Source: Fistulifera solaris (Eukaryota). From it: a DNA stretch of 64,000 nucleotides. The number at the start of each line of letters is the position of its first letter. Positions within the stretch are counted from its first letter, which is position 1. The notes beneath the pieces were generated by a model. The model searched no databases and was not told the origin of the DNA. It was given only the letters and a program-made list of their open reading frames with translations. The DNA lies in assembly GCA_030295235.1 (NCBI GenBank), contig AP026138.1, positions 62,001-126,000 on the forward strand, given 5' to 3'. The position numbers were made by a program, and so were the translations under genes. Positions 11,001 through 23,655 of the stretch are shown here, piece after piece.

Positions 11001-13608
11001 CTGGTCAATGATGCGAGAAAGAACACGTGCAATGAGACTCATATCGTCCCCGAAAAACTCGTACAGGTCGAGGACGTCCACTGCGGAATCTTGTTTGGAA
11101 GCGAGACCCTTGATGAAGCCGAAGAATAAATTGGATCCTGTTCTAGCGTTGGCAACGATCAAGATCGGTTCATGGGGAATCAGGTCGTTTCGAGTTGCTT
11201 GGCAGATAAAATCCACGCCGTCGTCGTTATTGTGGAGGTCCACCTTGCGGATAGGACGCAGCTGATTCAAAGTATCTTGCGAGGCTTGTTTCGCAACAAC
11301 AAGATCCGTCATGATCTCGGTCGTTCCAAACGATTCTTCTTGGGAAGGCAGCGCCAATACATCGGGCCATTCTTCCGCGAATTCACTGTAGCCCCAAGAT
11401 TCCACATCGTACCAATTGACAACTTGCATCGAGAGGGGCACCAGCGCTTGTTTGGTCGTTCGGGGACCATCCAGTACGGCACGAAGCAATTGCTCATTGT
11501 AGGGTTGATGGAGAAGGTTATTTTGTATTCGCCGCACGACCTCCAAATGCTGCTGTTCTTCCCTCAAATCGCGATTGTATTCGAATTCTTCAAACGGAAT
11601 CGAGTTGGACACCAGGTAGTCTCGGGCTTGCCAATAATAACGCGTCGTCTTTTGGATGAACTGCACCAGTTCCGGACGTCGAACCGCAATGGCGTCTTCT
11701 TGCGTTGTACCAATATTCGTCCACTTCTTTCGTTGTTTCGCGATTTGGAAAGAAACGAACGATTCCAGCATGTTGCGGCGCCACAAAAGGACGTATTGGG
11801 TTTCCATGTGAGCGAACAGTGATACGAAATCGTCAATGGTCGTTTTCATGAGACGGTCCACTTGATCGGGGAATACCTTCAAGACAAAGTACGCTTGCGG
11901 TAGATGAGACGGAATGCGATGTATGAAATCGAGCACACCGGCGGGATGTTCCAGACGATGGACGATGACCCGTTGCAGTTCCTCAATGACGTGTCGTCGG
12001 GACGCGTGTGTACCGAGTTCTTCGAGTGCCGTCTCTAACACGGTGGCCGGCGAAGAGAATTTCCGCGTGGCATACCGTTGGTGGGTCGTCTCCCATCCAC
12101 ACCCGAGTTGAATGCGATCCACAATTTGACAAAGGACGCGTGCTAGGAGCGCCATGTCATCGCCAAAGAATTCGTACAAATTGAGGACATCGACTGCAGA
12201 TTCTTGTTGAAAGGCCAAATTTTTGATAAAGGCAAAGAGCAGATTCGATCCCGTCCGCGTATTGGCAACAATCAATATGGGTTGATGCGGTTTGGCTCCC
12301 TGGCGCGTAGTTGGACAAATGGAATCGAAAAAATCATCGTAGTCTTGAATTTCCACCGCGGGCGTAACATCTTGTAGTATCGGTTCCTTTTTGGTACTCA
12401 TTATTGTTTCCGTCGTATAGGACGGCGAAAACAGATCGGGCCATTGTTCGGTCGATTCGGCATATCCCCACGATGCGACATCCGCCCAATTGACAATTTG
12501 TTGCGAGACCGGCACGAGTGCTTGTTTTGTCGTCCCCGGTTGTTCCAACACCTTTTGGATGACGGTTGCGTCGTGCGTTTGCTGCAAGATTTGGGTATGA
12601 ATGCGTTCCAGGACCGCCGCATGCTGTTGCGGGTCGCGCAAATCCCGATCGTATTCAAATTCTTCGAAAGAAATGGCGTGTTGCGTCCAATAGTTTCGCG
12701 CCTGTAGGTAAAAAATCGGCCGTGTGTTGAACAAACCAATCGAGTTCGGATTTTGTCACGGCAATAGCATCATCTTCTTTGGTACCGACATTCGTCCACT
12801 GTTTTCGTTGTTTCGCAATCTGAAAGGAAACAAAGGTTTCGAGCATGTTGCGTCGCCACAAGAGGACGTATTGGGTATCCAAATCGGTCCATAACTGCAA
12901 GAAATCCGCCACGGACAGTTGCAATTTGTCGCTCAAATGGTAAGGAAACACTTTGAGGACAAAAAACGGTTGTAACGAGCGTGACGGGATACGATGCAAG
13001 AATTGCAATAGTGCGGAAGGATGCAAGAACCGTTCCTCAAACACAGTTTCGAGTTCGTGCAAGACGTGTTGTTGGGCGGGCGTCGCATTGAATTCCGTCC
13101 GCGCCGTTTGCAAGACTTCGTCGGGTGTCGCAAATGGTCGTAACGTATATTTCTTGCGGGTATTCCATCCACAACCTTGACGCAATTGATCAATAATGCG
13201 ACAGAGGACTTGCACTAACAACGTTGCATCGTCCCCAAAGACTTCGTACAATTGCAACACTTCGACTTCCGACGAAGAGGCCGCCAAATTCTTGAGGAAA
13301 CTAAAGAAAAGGTTCGAACCCGTCCGGGCATTCGCGAGAATGACCATCGGACGATGCGGTTTCGTTCCCGCTGCCGCCGTGTGACACACAAATGGGTTCT
13401 TGTCCAACAAAGACAACGTCAAGGGCGGCGCTTGCTGTAACAGCGGATCAAACAGACTCGTGGGAACTTTGTGTCGGACAGTTTGTTGATTGGCAAGCAA
13501 ATGCTCCATGGCTTCTTGATAACTCCATTCGGTCGCAACGGAAATGAGCCACAAGACGATCACGAGCGAAATGAAACGACACGAAATCGATTTGCGGCGT
13601 TGTGCCAT
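8023..13608 (-). CDS. Giant type II membrane protein with five tandem NodH/Stf0-like sulfotransferase domains (~1,860 aa once indels are corrected)
   Basis: ATG at 13608 (MAQRRKS) followed by a TM helix. Five ~1.1 kb repeats each carry AN(A/T)RTGSNL (near 13325, 12255, 11140, 10035, 8925), FVLKVFP, LWRRNMLExFVS and KQAxVPxSxQxVNW. Split across overlapping ORFs by single-base shifts. Confidence 0.85.
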
Positions 13609-14784
13609 TATTATATGGATTGATTGCGTGTAAATGAATGAAAGAAGAAGAAACCAATGCTCTCGAATGGCTGGGAGAAGGATTGCAACAACAACAACAA
13701 CAAACAAATAAATAATCAATGTCAAAGAGTGTCAACACACGGTAACAACAACCACCCGACAAATGCCGAGGTGCTTTGGGTGGATCAGTGTTTGGCACCA
13801 AGCTTCGGCTGTTCCCTATTTCCACAGTTCCGTACTGACGCGAATTATGCCCTCACTCCGGGCTATTGTCAAGGGCATAGTTCTTGTAGGAATTTCCGTT
13901 GCATTTCACAGTTCGAATTCTCAATCATTTACAGAGATAGGGACTGCCAGTACCGATTTAGAATTTTAAATAGTAAACTGCTCTACAGTTTACTAGAAAC
14001 ACAGTTGGGACATTTTTCACAATGAACGCCAACAGGATTTTCAAATTTCGAATATCGTTCGACGAACTGTTGCTCAATAAGTAAATCGGTCCGTGAATGA
14101 AGGGGGCAAGATTCCAACTGGAACATTCGACATTCCCGCATTGCACTGTTATGAAGCATACTCCTGCGCAGGGCCTAAATCGAAAAGAGTGGCCATCTGA
14201 CAAGCATTTTCGGAAACTGTGTAGTCAATTATCGAACGGGGCACGGCTAAGGCTCAATAATTAGCTTTTTAAAACCGTACTTATGTTACTTATTAGAAAA
14301 AGAAGAGCTTCGTTTGGCTTCCGTTTCTCTAACGCGAAACGCGCACCGTTCATCGAAAAAAGGGATTGGCTAAGGTATAGTGTTTATTGGCTATAAACTA
14401 CTCGAGTATAAGGTTATTAACAGGCTGCCAGATGCCAGCAATAGGGAAGGGAGATCGATTAATAATCGACTTGAGAATTATAGTCGCAAGTCGCAACTGT
14501 TATGGTTCAGACTCCGAGCTTGAATTTTGAACAAGCAACAGATAACCAAAGGCAACAACGCCACAATTTACAACAGCTCGAAAACTAGGGAGAATCCTCA
14601 AATGCCAAATATCCTAAATAATACTCTTTGCCTACAGTTGCAGTCTCGGGCCAGGGAGTCTCCAACTAGGTATGGTGGTCACGTGCTTGGCTTCGCATCG
14701 AGCTAGGTACGGCTCGCAAGTTCGATTCTAATTTTAGGTCAGTGATGGATCAAAACATATATCATTCCTAGTCTACATACAGCA

Positions 14785-15977
14785 TTATAATTCTTGTTGT
14801 TCGATGCGATAATACAGCATTTGACTCCACAATTGATGCGGTCCGGGCAAACAAAAGTGCGTCCCATCAAAACTCGCATCCGCCCGCGCCAACATGAGCG
14901 GCGCCGTATCCAAAATTTGAAACGGACGTCGCCGTTTTTCACTGGCGAGAATCCGCAACAACAATTTATTTTGCATGGGTTGTTCCGGGGAATTGCCGCC
15001 ATAGAGACTCCATTTGGCGTGCATGTTGGTTGGGAACCGCCGGCTTGCGAAGAATTCGTATTCCAATCGCCAGCGCCGCGGAGAAAATGCCGTGGTTCGG
15101 TCGTTCGAACAAAAATGTGGGAATCGGGCAAATGACCGTAACGGAGATCCTGCAAATGCGACAGGAGTTTCGTGTAATTGGTGCTCCATTCCGGTCCTTT
15201 CACGCCGCGTCCACAATGATGTCCGTAATTCATGACCAAATAATCGTGCGGTTGCGCGTTTTGTAAGAAGGTCGGTACTTGCGGCAATGCTTCACCACAA
15301 AAATCCGCCAAGCGTTGAATGGTGCGTTCCGCTTCTTCCTGCGAATAATCCAAAATGTGCATTAGTTCACACCGCAAGACTTGCGCCCATTGTCGTGTGA
15401 CACTATCGCCGATCAAATAAATGGTCCGATTGTGCAACAATTTTCGCACACGCTCTTTGTATATCGCAGCATCATACGGTAACACTTGATACGGACCATA
15501 ATCGGATTCCCAAACCCAGGGATCACTCGCATTCAATATACCGGGACTGTTGGCGACGGCTTGTTTCAAAATCGCGCGATGACGGGATTGTTTCGCCTTG
15601 TCGTTACTGTATTTCCACGCATCGGGATCGTGACAATTCCCTTGTCGTTCTTGATCCAGACATTGCAAATGTGCGGTCGAATATTGCAAAGCTTGATGCG
15701 GTCGATGCACCCATCGTCCGGCGGCGGAAGCGGCTTCCGGTGTGCTGTGCACCCGCCACAACAAATCATATTCGGGAAGAGCTGTTGTTGTTGCTGCAAG
15801 ATCCGAAGAGTCTTTTGATATAGGAGATTGAGAAACGGGCGGAAGGATGGTTTGAAGAAAGGAAACCAGACAGGAATAGTAGACGGTCAACACTGTCACG
15901 GCGGCAAAGACACGAACGATCCACGTCATGGTGTTGTTGCGTAATAAAAGAGAGCGCCAGAAAAGAAAAGTTGTCAT
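14785..15977 (-). CDS. PC-esterase/TBL-like SGNH O-acyltransferase, type II membrane protein; frameshift near 15030
   Basis: N-terminal TM, IYLIGDSVTRQW (GDS motif), LVMNYGHH, and C-terminal FDGTHFCLPGP (DxxHxCxPG motif of TBL/PC-esterases). Confidence 0.8.
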
Positions 15978-17413
15978 GAGCGATGAATAAGATGAAAAGG
16001 AAAAGGACGATAAGTTATATTAGAAGGATCAAGAAGGAATGGACGCACGAGCGAGGCAATGCAAAAGACAAAGTGTTGATGTTTGATTTTGTTGTTCGTC
16101 TCCGTTTTTCCATGCGGTTCTCGAAGAAAGAAGCACTGTCCACTGTCGCTCTGGGTGTAATAAGTGTTATAGGCCAATCACGAATTCTTATGTCACACAG
16201 TATCAGTGGTACTTTTGCTGTAAAATCAAAAAGGGGGCTTATGGTTTCCAACAACTGGGATGAAAAAAAAGAAGGAAATAACACGGGATGAGGGATGAGT
16301 GCCTTTGTAAATCGTCCAGCAAAAGTCCAAACACAAAAAATAATCCACAATGCAAACATCTACTTTATATCAGAGTGTAGTAGAGGGAACTGCATCAAGA
16401 CTGGATTTCGCGAGGAGTCACGCGCTGAATCTCTAAACCTAAAGATGATTTTCTTTTTGTTATATATCGTGATTTTCGCATGGATAATCACTCACTTGTA
16501 ACTTGTAACTGTCATCGAGCACATACCGAAAATGGGGAACTGGATTGCCGACGAGCCGTCATCTCTAGCTAGAGAACGATGGTTGCCGTTTGCTACCGTA
16601 AAGAACGTCATCGAATGGCAGCATGAATTAAGTTTCAGCAACAGTAGATGTCGAAATCACAATGCATCCGCCATCGGATACCTAAAGGCGAATTGTTGCC
16701 CCGAACAGGCCAAGCTTTGCGGCACTGGCGTCCGCGGCTATACAGCGTGACTGCACTTCCGTCATGAGTTACGACTTTTCGAGGCTCTCTGCTACCTATT
16801 GACGTTCCTCCTGCTTGATACAACTTTGTCATTTACGTAAAGCTTCATTGCAACTCAAATTTTTAAATGCATCTCCCTGTTTGTATCGCGATCAGCGTAA
16901 CAAATCGATGTTCCCCAACTTTACTACTCCGGAGTATATACATTCGGAGTGTAAACGACCTTTGTCCACGACTGCATTCAGTCATGAATTCATTCAGCTA
17001 GAGACTAGAGACACCCAAATTTTATACCTAAGCACCGATCGCTCTGCAAGCTTGCTGAGCTCACGAAAGTTGCGAAGCTCATAGCAACCCAGCATTGCTT
17101 GCTTTTTGTTTCTTGCGTGGAATTCGACTAATTCTTTCGAAAAATAGCACCTGCACCTCACTTAAAATATACTATAGAAAGAAGGTGTAGTAGAGTTTCA
17201 CGACAAAATCCATCCGCACTTTTTTTTGCTGCGACCTTATTATTTGCTGCGACGACGCGATACCTCGTTTGACGATGATCACTTTCATGAAACGAGATCA
17301 AGTTAAAATTACCATCACAATCGTACAATAACAAAAAGAATGGACTTAAATAACACACATACTAGAGAACCTACTGAAATTTGAGCGAAAACGACGCTGA
17401 AAATGAAGAGAAT

Positions 17414-19833
17414 TCAAAGCCTTGACACCGCCGTTGTGTTGGTCGACTCGGCAAACAAATCCGGCCATTCTTCCGCTACCGCACTGTATCCCCACGACTT
17501 TACTTCATCCCAATTTTGAATCTGCGCAAAAACAGGCACAGTGGCCTGTTTGGCTAAGTGGGGATACGCAAAGACATCTTGAATGACTTGCTCATCGGAA
17601 GGAAGATGCAACAGTACGCTTTGAATCTTCCGGGCAATATTCGGATGACCTTTCTCGTCGACCAAATCTCGATTGTATTCAAATACGTGGTACGGAATGG
17701 ATTTGCTATCAAAATAATCTCGCGCCTGTGTGAAATAGCTGACGAAGTTTTGAATGTACCAATCGAGTTCGGGACGCTGAATGGTGATAGCGTGTTCTTG
17801 GCTGGTTCCCTGGAGCGTCCACCCATTCGTTCGCTGAGCGATGTTTGCGGAAACGAAGATTTCCAGTACGTTGCGTCGCCACAGGACGACGTATTCGGGG
17901 CTCATGTCGGCGAAAATGGAAGCATATTCTGCGACTGTCGTTTTCATCTGATGAAAGATGTAATAAGGGAATACCTTCAAAGCAAAGAAGGGCTTCGGTA
18001 ACAACGAAGGAATTCGGTGAATGAAGTTCATGAAACCCGCTGGCTTGCTGTAGCGCTCCGTGAACGCCTTTTGCAGTTCTTTTAAAACGGTTTGTTGCGA
18101 AGACATGTTGAATTCTGCGAATGCCGCCGTAAAAAGTTCTTTCGGAGACGCAAATGTGCGGTCAACATACGATTCAGTATCAGTATTCCACCCGCAACCA
18201 CGTCGGATATGATCGATGATTTGAGAGAGGCCATTGACATGAATGTTGAGCTGTTCCGCGTAAACTTCGTAGAGCAGTATGCCGTCGACTTGGTCCACGT
18301 GTCTCTCAGCCAAGCGACCGATGAAGCTAAAGAAAAGATTCGATCCAGTTCGTGCATGAGAGATCAACACGATGGGCTGATGGCGCTTTGCCGTGGCAGG
18401 CGCGGTCTCGCAAACGAAATATTGCTCTTCTTTGTTGCGTGGCTGGCTTTCCTGGACAACAATTCGCTTTTCCGATCTTAATTCATCGTCAACGGCGGAG
18501 GCCTTATTGTTTGCTGTGATCGTCAAGATCTTTTTGGGAAACAGATTTGGCCATTCTTCCGCTACCGCGCTGTACCCCCACGACTTTACTTCATTCCAAT
18601 TCTGGATCTGCTCCGAAATAGGCACAGTGGCCTGTTTGGCTAAATGGGGATACGCAAAGACATCTCGAATGACTTGTTCGTCGGAAGGAAGATGCAACAG
18701 TTCGCTTTGTATCTTCCGGGCAATATTCGGATGGCCTTTCTCGTCGACCATATCTCGATTGTACTCGTATTCATGATAGGGAATGGATTTGCCATCGAAA
18801 TAGTCTCGCGCTTGTTTGTAGAAACCGACAATATTCTGAATATACCATTCTAGCTCAGGGCGTTGAATGGCGATGGCGTCATCTTTGGTGGTTCCCTGGA
18901 GCGTCCATCCGCCACTCTTCTGCTTAGCGATCTTCAGCGAAACGAAGATTTCCAGTATGTTGCGTCGCCACAGGACGACATATTCCGGGTTCATGTCGGC
19001 AAAATGGCAGCGTACTCCGCTACTGTCATATTCATTTGATCAAAAATATGATAGGGGAATACTTTTAATGCAAAGAAGGGCTTCGGTAGCAAGGAAGGAA
19101 TACGGTGAATGAACTGCATAAACCCAGCTGGCTTGCTGTAGCGTTCAGCGAACACCTGTTGCAATTCTCGTAAAACGGTTTGCTGCGAAGACATGTCGTT
19201 GAAATCTGCAAATGCCGCCGTAAAAAGTTTTTTCGGTGACGCAAATTTGCGATCAACGTACATCTCGGCGTTTGTATTCCACCCACAACCACGTTGGATA
19301 TGATCGATAATCTGAGAAAGGCTTTGGACTTGAATATCGAGCTCGTCCGCGTACACTTCATACAGCATTATGCCGTCGACTTGTTTTTCGTCTTTCTCGG
19401 CCAATCGCCCGATGAAACTAAAGAATAAGTTTGATCCGGTTCGCGAGTTAGATACCATGACGATGGGCTGATGACGCTTTGCCATATCGGGTGCTGTCTC
19501 GCAGACGAAGAAATGCTTCTCTTCGTTTTTCAGTTTTCGGCCGTCTTCAGTCTGAGCCAGCTGCTCTGCTTCGATGTTAGACTTCACGCCTTGTTCCTTT
19601 CGCAGATTGTTTTGTCGGACGACGACCTGCGTTTCCTGTGAATGCTCCTGAACAATCATTTTTACGGGAACCATGGGAAGTGAAGCATCCTTTTCCCTCT
19701 GAAACATGTTCTGCTGTTCCGAGAGAATGATTTCGAAAAATGCTCGGGAGCTCCATTCGGTGGCTATCGAGACGCACCAAACCGAGCAGAGGAGTGCCAA
19801 CAGGCTGTGTGGATACGTTTTTGGACGACGCAT
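17414..19833 (-). CDS. Two-domain NodH/Stf0-like sulfotransferase, type II membrane protein; frameshift near 19000
   Basis: ATG at 19833 (MRRPKTY) and a TM ending SIATEWS. SNSRTGSNLFF and SHARTGSNLFF motifs, each followed by FALKVFP and LWRRN(I/V)LEIFVS. Confidence 0.85.
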
Positions 19834-21171
19834 ATGTTTAGTACGGATGAAGCGTGTAACGATCAGCAATGTTTGGGTCAATTGCAGTGATGAGATGAAC
19901 GGCATGAGATGGTGAATGCGACGTCTCGATGATCAGTGGATGTGGATACGAATCGACTGACTTTTGTTTTTGTGGCACGCTGCTCCCTCTTCGAGCAATA
20001 TTTCTGAATGTTTGGGTTTATCGTTGATCGTTGCTCGTCTAGCAGGGGCTGTTTACTTTAGCTCTGTGACCTTTGTTTGTGACAGACGAAAAAAATGTCG
20101 GGATCACGCAGTAGAGACTATGAATTATGTATTCAGCATTCAGCCAGTGAGTGTGGTGCACCGTATTGCCGATCTGTTCACTGTTCACCGAAAGACACAC
20201 AGCTTATTCGCAATTATCTACTTTTTACGGTCTTCTTTTGGCACGCTTATAAGAAGCAAGAAGACGGGGATAGAGATGAGAAATTGAACATGAAGAATGA
20301 AGGTTGAAGGTGCTGATGACTGATGATACATGAAACGGGGTAACTTGAAATAATAGGAAATTACAAGCATCTAGTAATTTTACGGAGTATAACAATGCCA
20401 GGTGCCAGGTAAGATACCAGGTAAGGGGTAAGGGTTTGCAATTTGCATCTCTAGTAGGTAAGTTAGTAAGCATTAGTTGCTGGTTGACGCCTCTCCGCTT
20501 CCGCTCACCTTTCTCCGTTTGTCGTACTTTTGTGCCATGGGCCATGGGTGCCATTATCCATTATCCATTGGAAATTGGAACACTAGACTAGACTTATAAG
20601 TTAAAGCCAAGATTGGGAACTGGGAGCCAGAAGCCAGAAGCCAGAACCCATAAATTTGTAGGAAGTGTTTGGCATTTATTATGTAAAGCATAAAGCATGT
20701 CAAAGGTTGACGTATCATCAATCATGAAAAATGTGCTCGGAGTATCAATGATAAATGTTAAGCCATCCGAACTCGAATTCAGTCGAAAGCCGAGCTACAG
20801 GCTACGCAGTAACATTTGCTCATTGCATGCAGAATGCAGAGGAGTCGTCAGTTTTAACTTTTAACGGCTTTCAGGAAAGAAACAATGACAATATTTACAA
20901 ATAATAAAAGCTAAGCCGCAATCCGCTATCCGCAATTTTTAGCCATGGCAGTCGTGATAGTGATAGGCCTAAACTATTATTCCCGATGTAGCTGAAGCCC
21001 TTTTGCCTTACCCTCTAAGCCGATACTGGTACTTGGTACAAGCACAACAAATTGATAAATAATTTCGGGTGAGCTCCTGCATAAAATTAGCTGATTCTTG
21101 CAACACGAATTAGAACGACTTGTTGTTTTGTGGTTATCAGTAATGTTCCATGTGCCTCGTGTATCTTGAAC

Positions 21172-23655
21172 CTAGGCTAAGTGCCCCGGGAACAAATTCT
21201 CCCACTCATCAAGAGGACGGTTATATCCCCATTCGACTACGTTATTCCAGTTCACAACTTGTTCGTTCAGTGGTAAAGTAGCTTGCTTTGTCGTCCATAA
21301 CCCCTGCATAACATCGTTGGTGACCTTCGAATCAGGCCTATGCTGCAAAAGGTGCTGCAAATGACGAATTGTTTCTTGTTGACGCGACTCCTCGGACAAG
21401 TCTGTCTGATACTCGAACGCGGTATAGGTCACATTGTTTTTCGCGAAAGCTGTCTTGATCTGGTGATAAAAGTATGTTGTCGACGCCACATAGTTTTCAA
21501 AGGCGGTCTTGTCGACCTGAATAGCATTCTCGGCTGTAACTTCTACGTTCATCCAGTGATTTGTGGAAAGCGCAATTTGCAAAGATACATAGGCCTCCAA
21601 CAAATTTCGTCGCCACAAGACGATCACCACCGCATCTCGAGGAATTTGTGCGATGAATGGCTCTATCGAATCTCCTAGATGCTCTGGAAATACTTTGAGC
21701 GCGAAGTAGGACTGCTTGGGCGATGGAATTCCTTGCAGGAATCGTATTAACGCCATGGGATCGTCATGTCTTTTTTGAAATTGGTCCTGGAGTTTCTGAA
21801 ACAGTTCCGTTCCGCTGTGTTCGGTCATTAACGATACAAACATATCCTCGGGCGCCCGGAACTCTTGATACTTTGGAAAATATTTCATGGCTCGGTCACC
21901 CATCTGACACTTGTCCTTTAAATGATCGATAATCTGGGACAAAGCAAATAGCTTCAAAGAATCACTGGCTTGCGGACTGAGTAATTCCACTAGGTTCAGC
22001 ATATCAGCATCGGGCCAAACGATACCGAGCATTGCCAAAAAGTTAAACAGCAAGTTCGACCCAGTCCTTGGTGTCCCAAAAACGAAAATAGGCCGATGAG
22101 AATTCTCTTCCGTAGTAGGGCAGATGAACCTTTGACTCTCCATATCGTTTGTCACCGGACTTTCAGTTATGGTTGTATCGTTTACTGGTATATCGACGGG
22201 AGCGTCCGGAACGGATTCGATTCCAAACAGATCATCTGACCACGTTTCTTTGTATCCCCAATCGTCTCGTAGCTGATTCCAGTTCAATATTTGATCCGGC
22301 AGTGGAGCGTCCTTGACAAAGTCGGGCAATTGTAAATGCTGTTGTGTCGCTGGCAACTGCAACAACGATTGTAGCTTACTCCACGTCGATAATAGCTCAC
22401 TGGCACTCGCGAGATCGCGATGATATTCGAGTAGCAAGGATTGTTTCGGTGCCTTGGTTTGCAAGAAGTATCGGATTTTCCCAAAATATTCTTTCGTCTG
22501 TCCCACATAGCGTTCCATCGGTTCTTGTTCTACCACCATCTTGCTTTCGGCGGGCCAATCAGTGGAATGCTCTTCCAACAGGACACGCTGGTGCGCCGCG
22601 TACGATTGCAACAAATGCTGTCGATAGATGACCACAAAGGCACTGTCGTGTTCTTGCAATTCGAGCAAGAAGGCCTCGAGTGGCATATGAAAATGCTTCC
22701 ACTCTTCGCGTTGCAACAAAAAGACAAAATGGGAATGGACCGACGGAATTCGGCGAATAAAGGCCAACCATTGCCACGGCCGCAAAAAGCGATTTTGAAA
22801 TTTGCGCATCAATTCGAGGTACAAGTCGCGGCCGCTGGATTCGGTCATGAGTTGGGCAAAGAGGGCGTGAATGTCTTGTCCAAAGGTGTCTTGTTGCGGC
22901 GTGTACCATACGTCCGGATCGCCGATCTGACAATTTTGTTTCAATTGATCAATCAAACGAACCAGTAGTGGTACTTGCTGTCGATCGTCGGCAAACAAAT
23001 CCGACAATACCAAGAGATGCGGATCTTGGGCCATGATCTGCAACAGAGTCTCGGCCCCGGAATGGGCTTGTGTTAATAGGACAATTGGTTGATGTAGGTG
23101 AAATTCCGCGGACTCGGCCACGGGACAAAGAAAGGGATTCTTGTCGTTCGTCGTCTCGTCAGCATTGTTGCGTTGTGGAATGGAGTTCTGGGGCGGTGGT
23201 GGCATTTTCTTTGTTGTGGCGGGCGTCGTTGGTTTCTTTTCTTGACCGAGCCGTTTCGGTCGTTCTTTGACGCGTCGCTCCTCCACGGCGCGATACACGA
23301 CTTGCGGTTGATGATGATGATTGAGTTCGGGAGAAGGAACGTACGGATGTCGTAATAAAGTCGTAATACTCCAAACGCTAAAGAGCAAACTGGCCATGCC
23401 AAACAACACAAAGGCCGGATTTTTGACTATCATGATATCTTCGTGCGGTGTTTTTCGTCGATACGGAGTACTACTGTGATTTGAATTGTTGAGAGAAAGC
23501 TTTTGACGCAAGGAATTGGAACGAAATAGGAAATTACGAGCATTGTTGGAGGAAGGCGGTCGTTGCGATGACTCCGTGACATCTTGTTGTTGCAACGGCA
23601 GCATAAAGTAATCCGCCGATTTGCTGCGTCCGATCGTTCGTTTCCGTGTACTCAT
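21172..23655 (-). CDS. Two-domain NodH/Stf0-like sulfotransferase, first domain degenerate
   Basis: Intact 827 aa ORF with TM (FVLFGMASLLFSVWSITTLL). Domain 2 has GTPRTGSNLL, FALKVFP and LWRRNLLEAYVS. Domain 1 has the divergent TQAHSGAETL. Confidence 0.88.
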   Translation of the reverse strand: MSTRKRTIGRSKSADYFMLPLQQQDVTESSQRPPSSNNARNFLFRSNSLRQKLSLNNSNHSSTPYRRKTPHEDIMIVKNPAFVLFGMASLLFSVWSITTLLRHPYVPSPELNHHHQPQVVYRAVEERRVKERPKRLGQEKKPTTPATTKKMPPPPQNSIPQRNNADETTNDKNPFLCPVAESAEFHLHQPIVLLTQAHSGAETLLQIMAQDPHLLVLSDLFADDRQQVPLLVRLIDQLKQNCQIGDPDVWYTPQQDTFGQDIHALFAQLMTESSGRDLYLELMRKFQNRFLRPWQWLAFIRRIPSVHSHFVFLLQREEWKHFHMPLEAFLLELQEHDSAFVVIYRQHLLQSYAAHQRVLLEEHSTDWPAESKMVVEQEPMERYVGQTKEYFGKIRYFLQTKAPKQSLLLEYHRDLASASELLSTWSKLQSLLQLPATQQHLQLPDFVKDAPLPDQILNWNQLRDDWGYKETWSDDLFGIESVPDAPVDIPVNDTTITESPVTNDMESQRFICPTTEENSHRPIFVFGTPRTGSNLLFNFLAMLGIVWPDADMLNLVELLSPQASDSLKLFALSQIIDHLKDKCQMGDRAMKYFPKYQEFRAPEDMFVSLMTEHSGTELFQKLQDQFQKRHDDPMALIRFLQGIPSPKQSYFALKVFPEHLGDSIEPFIAQIPRDAVVIVLWRRNLLEAYVSLQIALSTNHWMNVEVTAENAIQVDKTAFENYVASTTYFYHQIKTAFAKNNVTYTAFEYQTDLSEESRQQETIRHLQHLLQHRPDSKVTNDVMQGLWTTKQATLPLNEQVVNWNNVVEWGYNRPLDEWENLFPGHLA

